A stretch of 64,000 nucleotides of DNA, from the NCBI GenBank assembly GCA_023251075.1, contig JAHEZM010000001.1, forward strand, positions 65,676-129,675. Direction: 5' to 3'. The notes under the pieces are model-generated. The model did not search any database, had not been told where the DNA came from, and saw only the letters and a program-made list of their open reading frames with translations. Every line of letters begins with the position of its first letter. The stretch's first letter is position 1. This DNA is from Flavobacteriales bacterium (GTDB lineage: Bacteria > Bacteroidota > Bacteroidia > Flavobacteriales_C > GCA-002722245). Shown piece by piece: positions 20,559 through 31,018 of the stretch. A program made the position numbers and the translations under genes.

Positions 20559-21645
20559 CCCAGTCGAATTTCTTTGATTTGAATGGAAAGATATCAAAAA
20601 GCTCTCCAGAATAATAAAACTCGTAAGCAACTGCTCCAAAAGAATATTTTATATCGTTGATGGTAATGGTTGAACCTCCAACTCTTGGATTGGCTTTGGG
20701 TTGTGATTGCGGATAACCAACATTAAACAGAGTAGCTAGAATTTCCGGACGATCGGTAATAGGGAAGCCAGCTTTTTCCCATTGAACCTTCATTTGTTTA
20801 ATGAATAAGGCAGCATACATGTAAGAATAATAGTGATTCTTATAGGAAGTTAGTCTATTAAAACGCTCTCTGTTAATAGAGTCGGTAGAAAAATCCAATA
20901 GGTGTTCGTACTTTTTACCTAAATAGAATACCGAAGTGCTATCTTTTATAGTTTGTTCTATTTTTTGCGCAGTAAACTCCTTAATTCCTGTAACACCTAA
21001 AGAGAATTTGCTTTCTACGGAGAGAATCTTCAGCGGACCAATCCATTTTTTGTAAGCTTCTCGTTTGGAGTTAAAGAGTCGAATTTGTTCACCCACCAAT
21101 ACAGAAACAATGAGTCGGGGCTCAACACCGGTTAATTTTGCCACAGAATCAATCACTACTTTATCTTTAGCCACCGCAAATTTAAAATCGGTCCATTCGC
21201 TGATATTCATCCATTCAAAAACACTGGCGCTGTCATATGGGCTATTATCTTTTTTACGTTTGCTGTATTCAGCAACTAAATTCAAATATTCCTTGTTTTC
21301 TTGTAAACGGATATCAACGGCATCGATCATTCTTAATACTTCGGTTTCATTACCGCTTTTCATGTAAGCATTTAATATGAACTGAGCATTTTTCGGATAA
21401 TATTTATTGAGTATAAGAATTCTGTGAAGAGCTTCATAATCTTTTCGAAGGGCAACATTAGTATCGTGTTTAAAGGATTGGTTGTATTTGTCTTTAATAT
21501 CTTGGAAATATCTGTTATTGGAATCAACAGAGCCAGAGTCTTTAGTGAATCCCAGTTTTACGGCGAAATATGAAAGTGTTAGAAATAAACCAATAAGGGC
21601 AAAAATTACCACTAATACTTTTACAGAAATCTTCAACCACTTCAT
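20548..21645 (-). CDS. Membrane-anchored hypothetical protein
   Basis: 365-aa ORF with an N-terminal TM helix (VLVVIFALIGLFLTLSYFAV). I recognised no family motif with confidence. Confidence 0.65.
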   Translation of the reverse strand: MKWLKISVKVLVVIFALIGLFLTLSYFAVKLGFTKDSGSVDSNNRYFQDIKDKYNQSFKHDTNVALRKDYEALHRILILNKYYPKNAQFILNAYMKSGNETEVLRMIDAVDIRLQENKEYLNLVAEYSKRKKDNSPYDSASVFEWMNISEWTDFKFAVAKDKVVIDSVAKLTGVEPRLIVSVLVGEQIRLFNSKREAYKKWIGPLKILSVESKFSLGVTGIKEFTAQKIEQTIKDSTSVFYLGKKYEHLLDFSTDSINRERFNRLTSYKNHYYSYMYAALFIKQMKVQWEKAGFPITDRPEILATLFNVGYPQSQPKANPRVGGSTITINDIKYSFGAVAYEFYYSGELFDIFPFKSKKFDWDEI

Positions 21646-21945
21646 AATAGGAATATCAGCTATTGTTTAATTCGGGGATGAAAGTATCAAAAGTTTTGGA
21701 ATTGAACGAGAGAGGGTGAAAGATTATATAAGTAAAAATGTGGTTCACGAGTTGTTTTCTCATATTCAAATTCTCAATATTACTATTTAACATAATATTA
21801 ATTATAGGACAATTGTAGTTATGGAGAACAGTAGTAAGAGTATTGATTTCATTGATGTTTATGTAATTATTGCTATTGCCACTCATTCGATAAGCCTGAT
21901 CAATATCTTATCTCATCATTTCTTTTTTCAGATTTATAAAGCAAT

Positions 21946-21976
21946 AAAAAAGGCCGTGAGAATCTCACGGCCTTTT
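21946..21976 (-). terminator. Intrinsic terminator after the 258-aa lipoprotein gene
   Basis: A 9-bp GC-rich stem ggccgtgag/ctcacggcc has a 3-nt loop. It is flanked by an A run on the + strand, which is a T run on the - strand. Confidence 0.75.
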
Positions 21977-21992
21977 AAAAATTCAATTTCAA

Positions 21993-22769
21993 TTATTGAC
22001 AAGTAACATCATTGGTTGCATTATCCCAACAATAGCTTGTGCTTGCATTGTTGATTACTTTTCCATGTTTATCAGTTTTATTCCACATTACCTGAGTAAG
22101 TCCTTTTCCAACTTCAAATATGTTGTAATGTCCGTTGAATTCAGTTTCGTTGGTTACACTATAGTCAATATAACTTGTGTAATTAACATCATTCGGATCA
22201 GTTAACAAAAACTTAGTTGAGTGTGTTCCGTCAGATGCTTTAGTCCAATCAATTTGAATATATCCAGTTGGACTAGTAACATCTTTATTTAATTTCCATT
22301 GTCCGCTAGTTCCATCTTTTTTAGACGTTCCAGTGTACCACTCAAAATTTTGGAAACCACTTTTTTGAGAAAGTAACATTTTCCATTTGATATTGTCGCC
22401 ATCTTCAGAGGCATGTAAATTTGCTGTATAAGTCAAGAATCCAACTTTTACATCGTATGACCAAATCCATTCTTTTGCTTTAGAATCATATACCGCTGTG
22501 TGGTTGAATGCTTCTTTGAAAGAAGCTACTGGCACAGCAAGATTTATTGCGATAGCTGTATTCCAATAAGCGATACCTAAAGTTACTAATCCATAAGCAA
22601 CTCCTTCTGTTTTAGCACTTCCACCAAAATCAGAGGTTCCAGCATCCATTGAAGTAACTGATGGTAATGCCGGAGCATCTTTGTCTTTATTACAAGAAGC
22701 AAAAGTCATTGTGGTTGCTAAAGCAATAATAGCAAGACTTTTTTTGTGTTTTACAAATGATAAATTCAT
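21993..22769 (-). CDS. Hypothetical lipoprotein
   Basis: 258-aa ORF with a signal peptide and lipobox (TFASCNKD). Confidence 0.7.
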   Translation of the reverse strand: MNLSFVKHKKSLAIIALATTMTFASCNKDKDAPALPSVTSMDAGTSDFGGSAKTEGVAYGLVTLGIAYWNTAIAINLAVPVASFKEAFNHTAVYDSKAKEWIWSYDVKVGFLTYTANLHASEDGDNIKWKMLLSQKSGFQNFEWYTGTSKKDGTSGQWKLNKDVTSPTGYIQIDWTKASDGTHSTKFLLTDPNDVNYTSYIDYSVTNETEFNGHYNIFEVGKGLTQVMWNKTDKHGKVINNASTSYCWDNATNDVTCQ

Positions 22770-22885
22770 AAAATAATATTAAATGTTAAGGGTTAATTTC
22801 GACCTGAAGACGAATATACTACAAATGGGTTGCCTATGAAAGTACAAATATTAAAAGTTAGGGTCGAAAACCCAAAAAGAAAGCA

Positions 22886-22893
22886 TAACTTTG
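22886..22893 (+). promoter_or_regulatory. Bacteroidota-type -7 promoter box (TAacTTTG) for the ABC-F gene
   Basis: It matches TAnnTTTG and ends 19 nt upstream of the ATG at 22913. Confidence 0.5.
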
Positions 22894-22909
22894 CACTCTT
22901 AAATTTTAG

Positions 22910-24532
<1,623 letters not shown>

Positions 24533-24557
24533 TAAAGCATTTCGACTATACGAAAAC

Positions 24558-24590
24558 AAAGAACTCCATCTTTCGATGGAGTTCTTTTAT
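24558..24590. terminator. Bidirectional intrinsic terminator between convergent ABC-F and DEAD-box genes
   Basis: A perfect 13-bp stem aaagaactccatc/gatggagttcttt has a 4-nt loop. A/T runs lie on both sides. Confidence 0.8.
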
Positions 24591-24606
24591 GATCATTTTC
24601 AAAAAA

Positions 24607-26490
24607 CTACACTCTTCTTCTTGGCCCTGATCCGCTGCCTTCACGACGTCCGCCACCAAAACCACTTCCACCTTCTCTTCTTCCGCCACCGCCACCAAAG
24701 CTACCGCGACTTCCACCATCTCTTCCTCCTTCACGACGACCGCCACCGCTGTATCCTCCGCGTCCGCCTCCACTACTGAAACCACGACCACCATCTCTAC
24801 GACCGCTACCGCCGCCAAATCCGCCTCTGCTTCCACCACCATATCTTCCACCGCCTCCGCCACCGCGAGCTGCTTTATCCACACGAATATCTCTACCTCT
24901 AAAAGTAAATCCTTTAAAATCATCCATCACTTTCTCAGCATGCTGTTCAGTAATTTCAAAATAAGAATGCTTGTCTTCAATTTTATCTACGCTAATATCT
25001 TCAGTCGATAATCTGGTTTGCATAGAAACCATTTCCACCAATTCACGCTCGTCGATTCTATCCATATCTCCGATATTGATAAAGAAACGAGTTTTTCCAT
25101 TAGAAGAACGACGATCACTACCTCTTTCTCCTCTATCTCTGTCTCTGTCGCCGCCTCTTTCACCTCTTGATCCACCTTCATTTAAATCGCGACTATCGAA
25201 TGATAATTTTTTCATTTCAATAGCAATTAGCTTTTCAACCAACTCTTCCTTTTCCAGTTCAGCAAAAAGCTCTTTCACTTTAGCTTCAATTTCAGGAACT
25301 TTAGATGCTACAGGTTTTGCTGCCAAAACTTTTTCAGCCCATTGGGTTATTTTTATCAAACCAATTCCGCTAGCACTAGGAATGGTAATTTTTTCGAAAG
25401 TCATTTTAAGCTCTCTCTCCAACATCTTTATTTTCCTCACCTCACCACCACTTACAAAAGCAATAGAATCTCCATCTTTTCCAGCTCTTGCTGTTCTACC
25501 ACTTCTATGGGTATAGAATGCAAAACTATCTGGTAACGAATGATGGAAAACGTGAGTTAAATCGTTAACATCAATACCTCTTGCAGCAACATCGGTAGCA
25601 ATTAATATTTTCAAACCACCCGCTTTAAAGCGTTTCATCACCTGGTCGCGCTGACTTTGTGATAAATCACCATGTAAAGGCTCGGCTTTGATATCGTATT
25701 TTTTAAGATCTTCGGCCAATTGTTGGGTAATGATTTTAGTACGGCAGAATACAATTCCGCGCATATCTTCAGATACTTCAATAAAGCGTTTTAAGGCTTC
25801 TGTTTTATCTCCTTCTCTTACAACAACATATTGGTGTTTGATATTTTTATTCATCTCACCACCTTTGTTCACTGCAATTTCAGCAGCTTCAGGCATATAC
25901 TTGCTCACAATTCTTCTAATGTCGCGAGGCATAGTAGCTGAAAATAACCAAGTTACTTTATCTTCTGGTGTGTGAGAAAGGATTTCATCGATATCTTCTT
26001 TGAAACCCATGTTTAGCATTTCGTCGGCTTCATCTAAAATCACATGACTAATGTCTTTGATTGATAAAGCTTTGCGACTCATCAAATCCATTAATCGTCC
26101 TGGAGTCGCAATAATAATGTGTGGAGTGTTTTTCAATGCACGAATTTGCTCCATGATTGATGCACCTCCATAAACCACCTGAATTCTGATGGCGCTCATG
26201 TACTTCGCATACAACTGTAATTGCTGAGCAATTTGTTGTCCGAGTTCACGTGTTGGCGCTAATATTAATGCCTGAGTGTGGCGTTTGTCGGCGTCTAACA
26301 CTTCTAAAAGTGGTAATCCGAAAGCGGCCGTCTTTCCTGTTCCTGTTTGAGCAAGTCCTATGAAGTTTCTTTGTTCTCCTGTTAAAATTGGAATCGCTTG
26401 TTCTTGAATGGGAGTGGGAGTCTCAATACCCATCTCTGTTAAGGCCTTTAATAGTGGCGCTGATAGTCCTAGTTCTGTAAAATTTGCCAA
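24607..26490 (-). CDS. DEAD-box ATP-dependent RNA helicase (DeaD/CsdA-like) with DbpA-type RNA-binding domain and RGG-rich tail
   Basis: Helicase motifs seen are AQTGTGKTAAF, DEADEML, SAT and HRSGRTARAG. A DbpA-like domain is followed by an 86-aa Arg/Gly tail. The only start that keeps the Q-motif is a TTG (TTG GCA AAT TTT). Confidence 0.9.
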   Translation of the reverse strand: MANFTELGLSAPLLKALTEMGIETPTPIQEQAIPILTGEQRNFIGLAQTGTGKTAAFGLPLLEVLDADKRHTQALILAPTRELGQQIAQQLQLYAKYMSAIRIQVVYGGASIMEQIRALKNTPHIIIATPGRLMDLMSRKALSIKDISHVILDEADEMLNMGFKEDIDEILSHTPEDKVTWLFSATMPRDIRRIVSKYMPEAAEIAVNKGGEMNKNIKHQYVVVREGDKTEALKRFIEVSEDMRGIVFCRTKIITQQLAEDLKKYDIKAEPLHGDLSQSQRDQVMKRFKAGGLKILIATDVAARGIDVNDLTHVFHHSLPDSFAFYTHRSGRTARAGKDGDSIAFVSGGEVRKIKMLERELKMTFEKITIPSASGIGLIKITQWAEKVLAAKPVASKVPEIEAKVKELFAELEKEELVEKLIAIEMKKLSFDSRDLNEGGSRGERGGDRDRDRGERGSDRRSSNGKTRFFINIGDMDRIDERELVEMVSMQTRLSTEDISVDKIEDKHSYFEITEQHAEKVMDDFKGFTFRGRDIRVDKAARGGGGGGRYGGGSRGGFGGGSGRRDGGRGFSSGGGRGGYSGGGRREGGRDGGSRGSFGGGGGRREGGSGFGGGRREGSGSGPRRRV

Positions 26491-26513
26491 TGTATATTAT
26501 TTATAATGAGGCG

Positions 26514-26521
26514 CAAAGATA
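26514..26521 (-). promoter_or_regulatory. -7 promoter box (TAtcTTTG) for the DEAD-box helicase gene
   Basis: The reverse complement of caaagata matches TAnnTTTG. It lies 23 nt upstream of the TTG start. Confidence 0.45.
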
Positions 26522-26608
26522 AGATAATTAAGACGAAATGCTAACAATAGCGACTATAGGGTAGGAAATTAGCGTTTCCTAAACCCACTCTTAACATTGA
26601 ATTTGGCT

Positions 26609-28051
26609 CTATTTCCCTCCTAAATTCTCGTCTCTGATCTTAATTTTTTTAGCATCTTCATTTCTATAGCTAAAAAGCTTATTCTCTTTAATAATACGGG
26701 CTACTATTGGAGGAACCATGGTTTCCCATTCTTTATCATCGGCTTGAATTTTCTCCAGTACTTTGTGAGAAAACACACTTAAATTATGGGCATCATACTG
26801 TTCAAAATCAACAATACGGTTATTATCGATTAGGTATTTGTATAAGCTTTCGTATTTAGGAGGAATCATCATATTGCTGGAATTGATGATTTCATTTCCA
26901 AATTTATAGGGATACAAATACAAACGAACATCTTTATGAAAAAGAGTTCCAAAGGATTCTAATAGGCCACCATTTAATTGTTTGTAGTATTTGTCATTGA
27001 AAATATTAATCAATGTATTGGCTCCTAAAACCAAAGCTACCTGAGCACCTGTATTGTATCTGGTTAAGAAAGGAACCAATTTGAAATACTCAAGGAAACT
27101 TGAAACCAAAACATATTGTCCTAAAGAAGTTAGAATATCCACTCTATCGAGGAAATCCTGATCATCAATACCTTCCTCCCCTGCTAAATCTTTAAGCGTT
27201 AGTTCAGTAATAACAACAATATCTTTTTTAGCGCCCCCTTCATTTTCAAATTGTTTTAATCCGTTCTTCAGCATATCTAGATGCACGTGAGTAACCGGAC
27301 GAAAGCGACCCCTTAAGGCCATGATATCTTTTTTGTACAATACCTCTGTTGGGTGAATCGTATTTCCATCAGGGCCAAACATACAGGCTTCGGCCATTCC
27401 CGATTTTATAAGATACAAACTCAACAAACGGTTGTCTACTCTTTTGAAAGCCGGGCCGGAACACTGAACCATATCCACTTCTATTCTTCCACTGCGTAAA
27501 TTATCTTTCAGGCTTTTTAAAATTCCTTCCGGATCGTGAGTATTATAGTAACAACCATATAAAAGATTTACGCCCACTACCCCTATCGCCTCTTGTTGTT
27601 GTAAGCTATCTCTATTTAATAATCTTAAATGAACTATAAAATCACTTGGCTCCTCCCCTGCTTTGTGTTGAAAGCGAACCCCAACCCAACCATGACTCTG
27701 ATTGGTTTTAGAATAATTGATTGTTTCAACAGTATCGCAAAGCGCAAAAAATCTTTTTTCAGGATTGTTGGGCGCTAAGTTCGTCATGAGTTTTTTATAC
27801 TCATGATCCATCATTTGAACCAAACGTGGCAGGCATACATATCTTCCCGGACGTTTTCCATAAATGGAATCCGACATCTGCATATCATAAGCAGATAAAG
27901 ATTTTGCTATAGTTCCAGATGCTGCTCCTGCAACAAAGAAATTACGCGCAATCTCTTGTCCGGCACCAATCTCAGCAAAAGTTCCGTAAATAGTTCTGTC
28001 TAAATTTACCGCTAAGGCTTTCTGGCGTGTGTCTAATGTTTGCTCAATCAT
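26609..28051 (-). CDS. Conserved-looking cytoplasmic protein, no confident family assignment
   Basis: 480-aa ORF with no signal peptide or TM helix. The N-terminal segment YGTFAEIGAGQEIARNFF looks like a conserved motif, but I cannot place it. Confidence 0.7.
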   Translation of the reverse strand: MIEQTLDTRQKALAVNLDRTIYGTFAEIGAGQEIARNFFVAGAASGTIAKSLSAYDMQMSDSIYGKRPGRYVCLPRLVQMMDHEYKKLMTNLAPNNPEKRFFALCDTVETINYSKTNQSHGWVGVRFQHKAGEEPSDFIVHLRLLNRDSLQQQEAIGVVGVNLLYGCYYNTHDPEGILKSLKDNLRSGRIEVDMVQCSGPAFKRVDNRLLSLYLIKSGMAEACMFGPDGNTIHPTEVLYKKDIMALRGRFRPVTHVHLDMLKNGLKQFENEGGAKKDIVVITELTLKDLAGEEGIDDQDFLDRVDILTSLGQYVLVSSFLEYFKLVPFLTRYNTGAQVALVLGANTLINIFNDKYYKQLNGGLLESFGTLFHKDVRLYLYPYKFGNEIINSSNMMIPPKYESLYKYLIDNNRIVDFEQYDAHNLSVFSHKVLEKIQADDKEWETMVPPIVARIIKENKLFSYRNEDAKKIKIRDENLGGK

Positions 28052-28123
28052 AATGTATAGGAATATCTCAAAGCGACCGAAATTTACATAAATCTTTTAG
28101 AATTCATATCTCACTAAGTATTT

Positions 28124-28131
28124 TATATTTG
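28124..28131 (+). promoter_or_regulatory. -7 promoter box (TAtaTTTG) for the BatA-domain gene
   Basis: It matches TAnnTTTG and ends only 5 nt before the ATG at 28137. Confidence 0.45.
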
Positions 28132-28136
28132 TAGTA

Positions 28137-30167
28137 ATGATTTTTTCCTTTTTATATCCTTCCTTTCTTTGGGCCTTTGCTTTACTGGCAATTCCTATTC
28201 TAATTCACCTATTTAATTTTAGAAAATACAAAGAGATTTATTTCCCTAATACTTTGTTTTTAAAGTCGATAAAAGAACAAAGTAAATCGGCTAACCAACT
28301 TAAAAATCTTCTGATTTTATTATTTCGTTTGTTGTTGTTTAGTTGTTTGGTGCTGGCTTTTGCTATGCCTTTTAGTAGTGATGATCTTCACGCTAAGAAG
28401 GAAGTTAGCACTTTACATGCTTTTTACATCGACAATTCTTTTAGTATGAATTCGAGCAATGAAAATGGAAATATTTTGGTGGATGCAAAAAAGAAAGTAG
28501 AAGAATTGGCAAAGCAATTTCCTGCCTCTGATCAGTTTTTATTAACGACCAATGATTTTTTTGGCAAGCATCGCCGACATCTTCACCTGAAAGAATTTTT
28601 AGAAGAATTGGAGCTGGTGGAAGAATCTCCCATTTCAAGAAAAATTTCAGAAGTATATACCCGACAATTATCGGATATAGGTGATGAAAAATCGGCTGAT
28701 TTATATTGGTTAAGTGATTTTCAAAAAAATATTCTTAGCGGAAAAGAAAAAGCAGATTCATTGCATACAGTTTATGCTATTCCAATGGAACCCAGTATAA
28801 AAAACAACCTTTCTATTGATAGCTGTTGGTTTGAATCACCGGTGAGAAAGCTTCAAAGCGCTGAGGAGTTAAAAGTTAAAATCACGAATTACGGAGATCA
28901 AAATCTGGAAAATATTCCAATCAATTTGGTGATTAACGGACAACAGAAATCATTTGCCAGCATTAATATCAATGCTAATTCCAGTATAATGACTACTCTT
29001 TCTTACACCCTTTCCAATCCGGGAATGTACAATGCTATGGTGAGTATTGAAGATCATCCTATTGTTTTCGATAATCATTATTATTTCACTTACGATATTC
29101 GTTCTAAAACTAAAATATTAGAACTCTATAGCAAAGAAGGTAAAAGCGCTTTTCAAAAGGTTTTTAAGCTCGATTCAAGTATTGTGTTGGAAAGGGAAAG
29201 CGTGAACCAATTTGATTATTCTAATCTTAAACAATACAACATTATTATAGTTAACGAAATTGAAAAATACACTTCGGGTTTAGTACAAGAACTTCAAAGA
29301 GCTTCCGCCACGGGAAGCAGCTTGTTTATTATTCCGGCAGAGAACATGGAAGGATTTGAACAGCTTGCTTCTTCGTTAAAGATAGATGTCTTACAATCGT
29401 GGGATACCAGTTCATCGGTGGTTAATAAAGTAAATTACGAAAGTGATTTTTTCCAAAATGTGTTTACCAACAGCAAGATACAAAGCAATGAAAAATTAAA
29501 TCTTCCTTATGTAAAACACCATTACAAAGTAAATTCAGATTTCATTCAGGGTAAAGATGTATTGCTCACTTTAGCAAATAACGATGGCTATTTAATAAAA
29601 TACAAAACTCCCTATTCCTCCATTTTAATGATCACCTCTCCCCTTAATGAGCAACATACTAATTTTGAAAAAAACTGGCTCTTCCCTCCTGTGTTATATC
29701 GTACAGTATTAACTTCAGTATTGAGTGAGAAAATTGCCATGAAACTTCAGCCTACCCTTGAAATTCCTGTTAGAAATTTAAGTAACCATAATTCCTCTAA
29801 TTTTTTCTTAAAAAATAAAGAGAGTGAACACGCATTACATCTTTCTAAAAATAGTAATACACCTTATTTATTCACTAGTGATTGGATCAAGAAAGACGGT
29901 GTTTATGATATCCTTCAAGACCAAAAAACAGTAAATCAATTGGCATTGAATTACGACAGATCAGAATCTCAAATGTATTTTTACAACGAAAAAGAAGTAA
30001 CAGAATTATTGAAAAACAACACAAACACACACGTTGTTAGTGCTGCAGATATTAAAGGAAGTAATTCTTTAGATTTGTTAACCCGACAAGATTACTGGAA
30101 GTATTTTATTGTTTTGGCTTTGTTGTTTTTATTGGCTGAAACCATTTTGTTGAGATGGTGGAAATAA
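28137..30167 (+). CDS. BatA (aerotolerance regulator N-terminal) domain-containing membrane protein
   Basis: The N-terminal double-TM motif FLYPSFLWAFALLAIPILIHLFNFRK is present. A large extracytoplasmic region follows, then a C-terminal TM helix (YFIVLALLFLLAETILLRWWK). Confidence 0.75.
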   Translation: MIFSFLYPSFLWAFALLAIPILIHLFNFRKYKEIYFPNTLFLKSIKEQSKSANQLKNLLILLFRLLLFSCLVLAFAMPFSSDDLHAKKEVSTLHAFYIDNSFSMNSSNENGNILVDAKKKVEELAKQFPASDQFLLTTNDFFGKHRRHLHLKEFLEELELVEESPISRKISEVYTRQLSDIGDEKSADLYWLSDFQKNILSGKEKADSLHTVYAIPMEPSIKNNLSIDSCWFESPVRKLQSAEELKVKITNYGDQNLENIPINLVINGQQKSFASININANSSIMTTLSYTLSNPGMYNAMVSIEDHPIVFDNHYYFTYDIRSKTKILELYSKEGKSAFQKVFKLDSSIVLERESVNQFDYSNLKQYNIIIVNEIEKYTSGLVQELQRASATGSSLFIIPAENMEGFEQLASSLKIDVLQSWDTSSSVVNKVNYESDFFQNVFTNSKIQSNEKLNLPYVKHHYKVNSDFIQGKDVLLTLANNDGYLIKYKTPYSSILMITSPLNEQHTNFEKNWLFPPVLYRTVLTSVLSEKIAMKLQPTLEIPVRNLSNHNSSNFFLKNKESEHALHLSKNSNTPYLFTSDWIKKDGVYDILQDQKTVNQLALNYDRSESQMYFYNEKEVTELLKNNTNTHVVSAADIKGSNSLDLLTRQDYWKYFIVLALLFLLAETILLRWWK

Positions 30168-30169
30168 AT

Positions 30170-30373
30170 TTAATTTCTCCCCTTTTCTTTTAATTCTTTC
30201 ATCATATAACCAAACGCTTTTCTTATTACTACCGAATAAGCTTTATCGATAAACGTTGCTATTTCATTCGAATCTTTGTGAATAATCGTTAAGGTTAAAA
30301 CAGAATCTTCGTCCATGTTCAATTCCACCGTGTACAACTGAAGTATGTGTTTGAGTTTGGTAGTATTTTTCAT
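30170..30373 (-). CDS. Small hypothetical protein
   Basis: 67-aa ORF, last gene of a three-gene minus-strand unit. Its stop lies 2 nt from the convergent BatA-domain gene stop. Confidence 0.4.
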   Translation of the reverse strand: MKNTTKLKHILQLYTVELNMDEDSVLTLTIIHKDSNEIATFIDKAYSVVIRKAFGYMMKELKEKGRN

Positions 30374-30385
30374 TTAATGATTGAT

Positions 30386-31018
30386 CTAAAAATCATGCTC
30401 TAAAGTAGCACACAGTTGGTAACAAGTTCCATCAAAATTAGGATTGAATCCCCAGTTTTTCTGAAAACTAAGATTGGTAATAAAATTAGTTGTTTTATTG
30501 ATATGATAGGACGTACCTGCTGATATACCTGAATACAGATCTATCCCATCTCGGTGATACATTATATTTAAAACATCAAAAGCTAAATTCGATTGCCATT
30601 TTTTTGAAATGAAAAATTCATATCCTAAAGAATTCGGAATTAAAGCAAGATACAAACCCAAAACAGCCAAACCTGCTTGAGAAAGATATAATGCGGCTAC
30701 AGGCGCTAAAATTAATCCAACGGGTACCCTTACACTATAATTGTTTGAGCTATAATCATATGAAACACCTAAATCGTAACGCACAAAAAAACTTTCAATT
30801 TCAAAAGGATGTGAAATTAAATTCAATTGAAAACCAGTATAAAACTGATTTCCTGGCTTTAAGGTATTTCTAAAAACAGAAGTGTAAACAGAACCTCCTA
30901 ATGAGGCGTTGTCTCTGAGTCTTTCAAATAAATTTCTTTCCTGACTTCTTAAATCGAAGGAGGTAATAAAGATGATTAAAACAATAATACCAGAGAGGGA
31001 TTTTCTATTTAACATCAA
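30386..31018 (-). CDS. Hypothetical outer-membrane beta-barrel-like protein
   Basis: 210-aa ORF with a signal peptide. It shows an alternating hydrophobic pattern with aromatic-rich strands and a terminal F. It overlaps the upstream gene by 14 nt. Confidence 0.55.
   Translation of the reverse strand: MMLNRKSLSGIIVLIIFITSFDLRSQERNLFERLRDNASLGGSVYTSVFRNTLKPGNQFYTGFQLNLISHPFEIESFFVRYDLGVSYDYSSNNYSVRVPVGLILAPVAALYLSQAGLAVLGLYLALIPNSLGYEFFISKKWQSNLAFDVLNIMYHRDGIDLYSGISAGTSYHINKTTNFITNLSFQKNWGFNPNFDGTCYQLCATLEHDF

Noticed and set aside
21656-21886. The 76-aa ORF (and the 61-aa ORF at 21821..22006) in the unusually long 347-bp AT-rich region upstream of the 365-aa membrane protein gene.
   Set aside because: They have Asn/Ile-rich low-complexity composition typical of AT-rich non-coding DNA, and no promoter box or conservation signal is visible. 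The region itself is noted only as a long 5' region.
24546-24923. The 125-aa ORF (VVEAEAD...) and the 67-aa + strand ORF (24576..24779) over the helicase 3' end.
   Set aside because: These are frame-shadow ORFs created by the GC-rich, codon-repetitive RGG-tail region. Their composition is implausible (V/E/A runs).
24971-25516. The 181-aa + strand ORF antisense to the DEAD-box helicase.
   Set aside because: It is a Ser/Leu-rich antisense shadow fully inside a well-supported gene, with no promoter box or independent signal.
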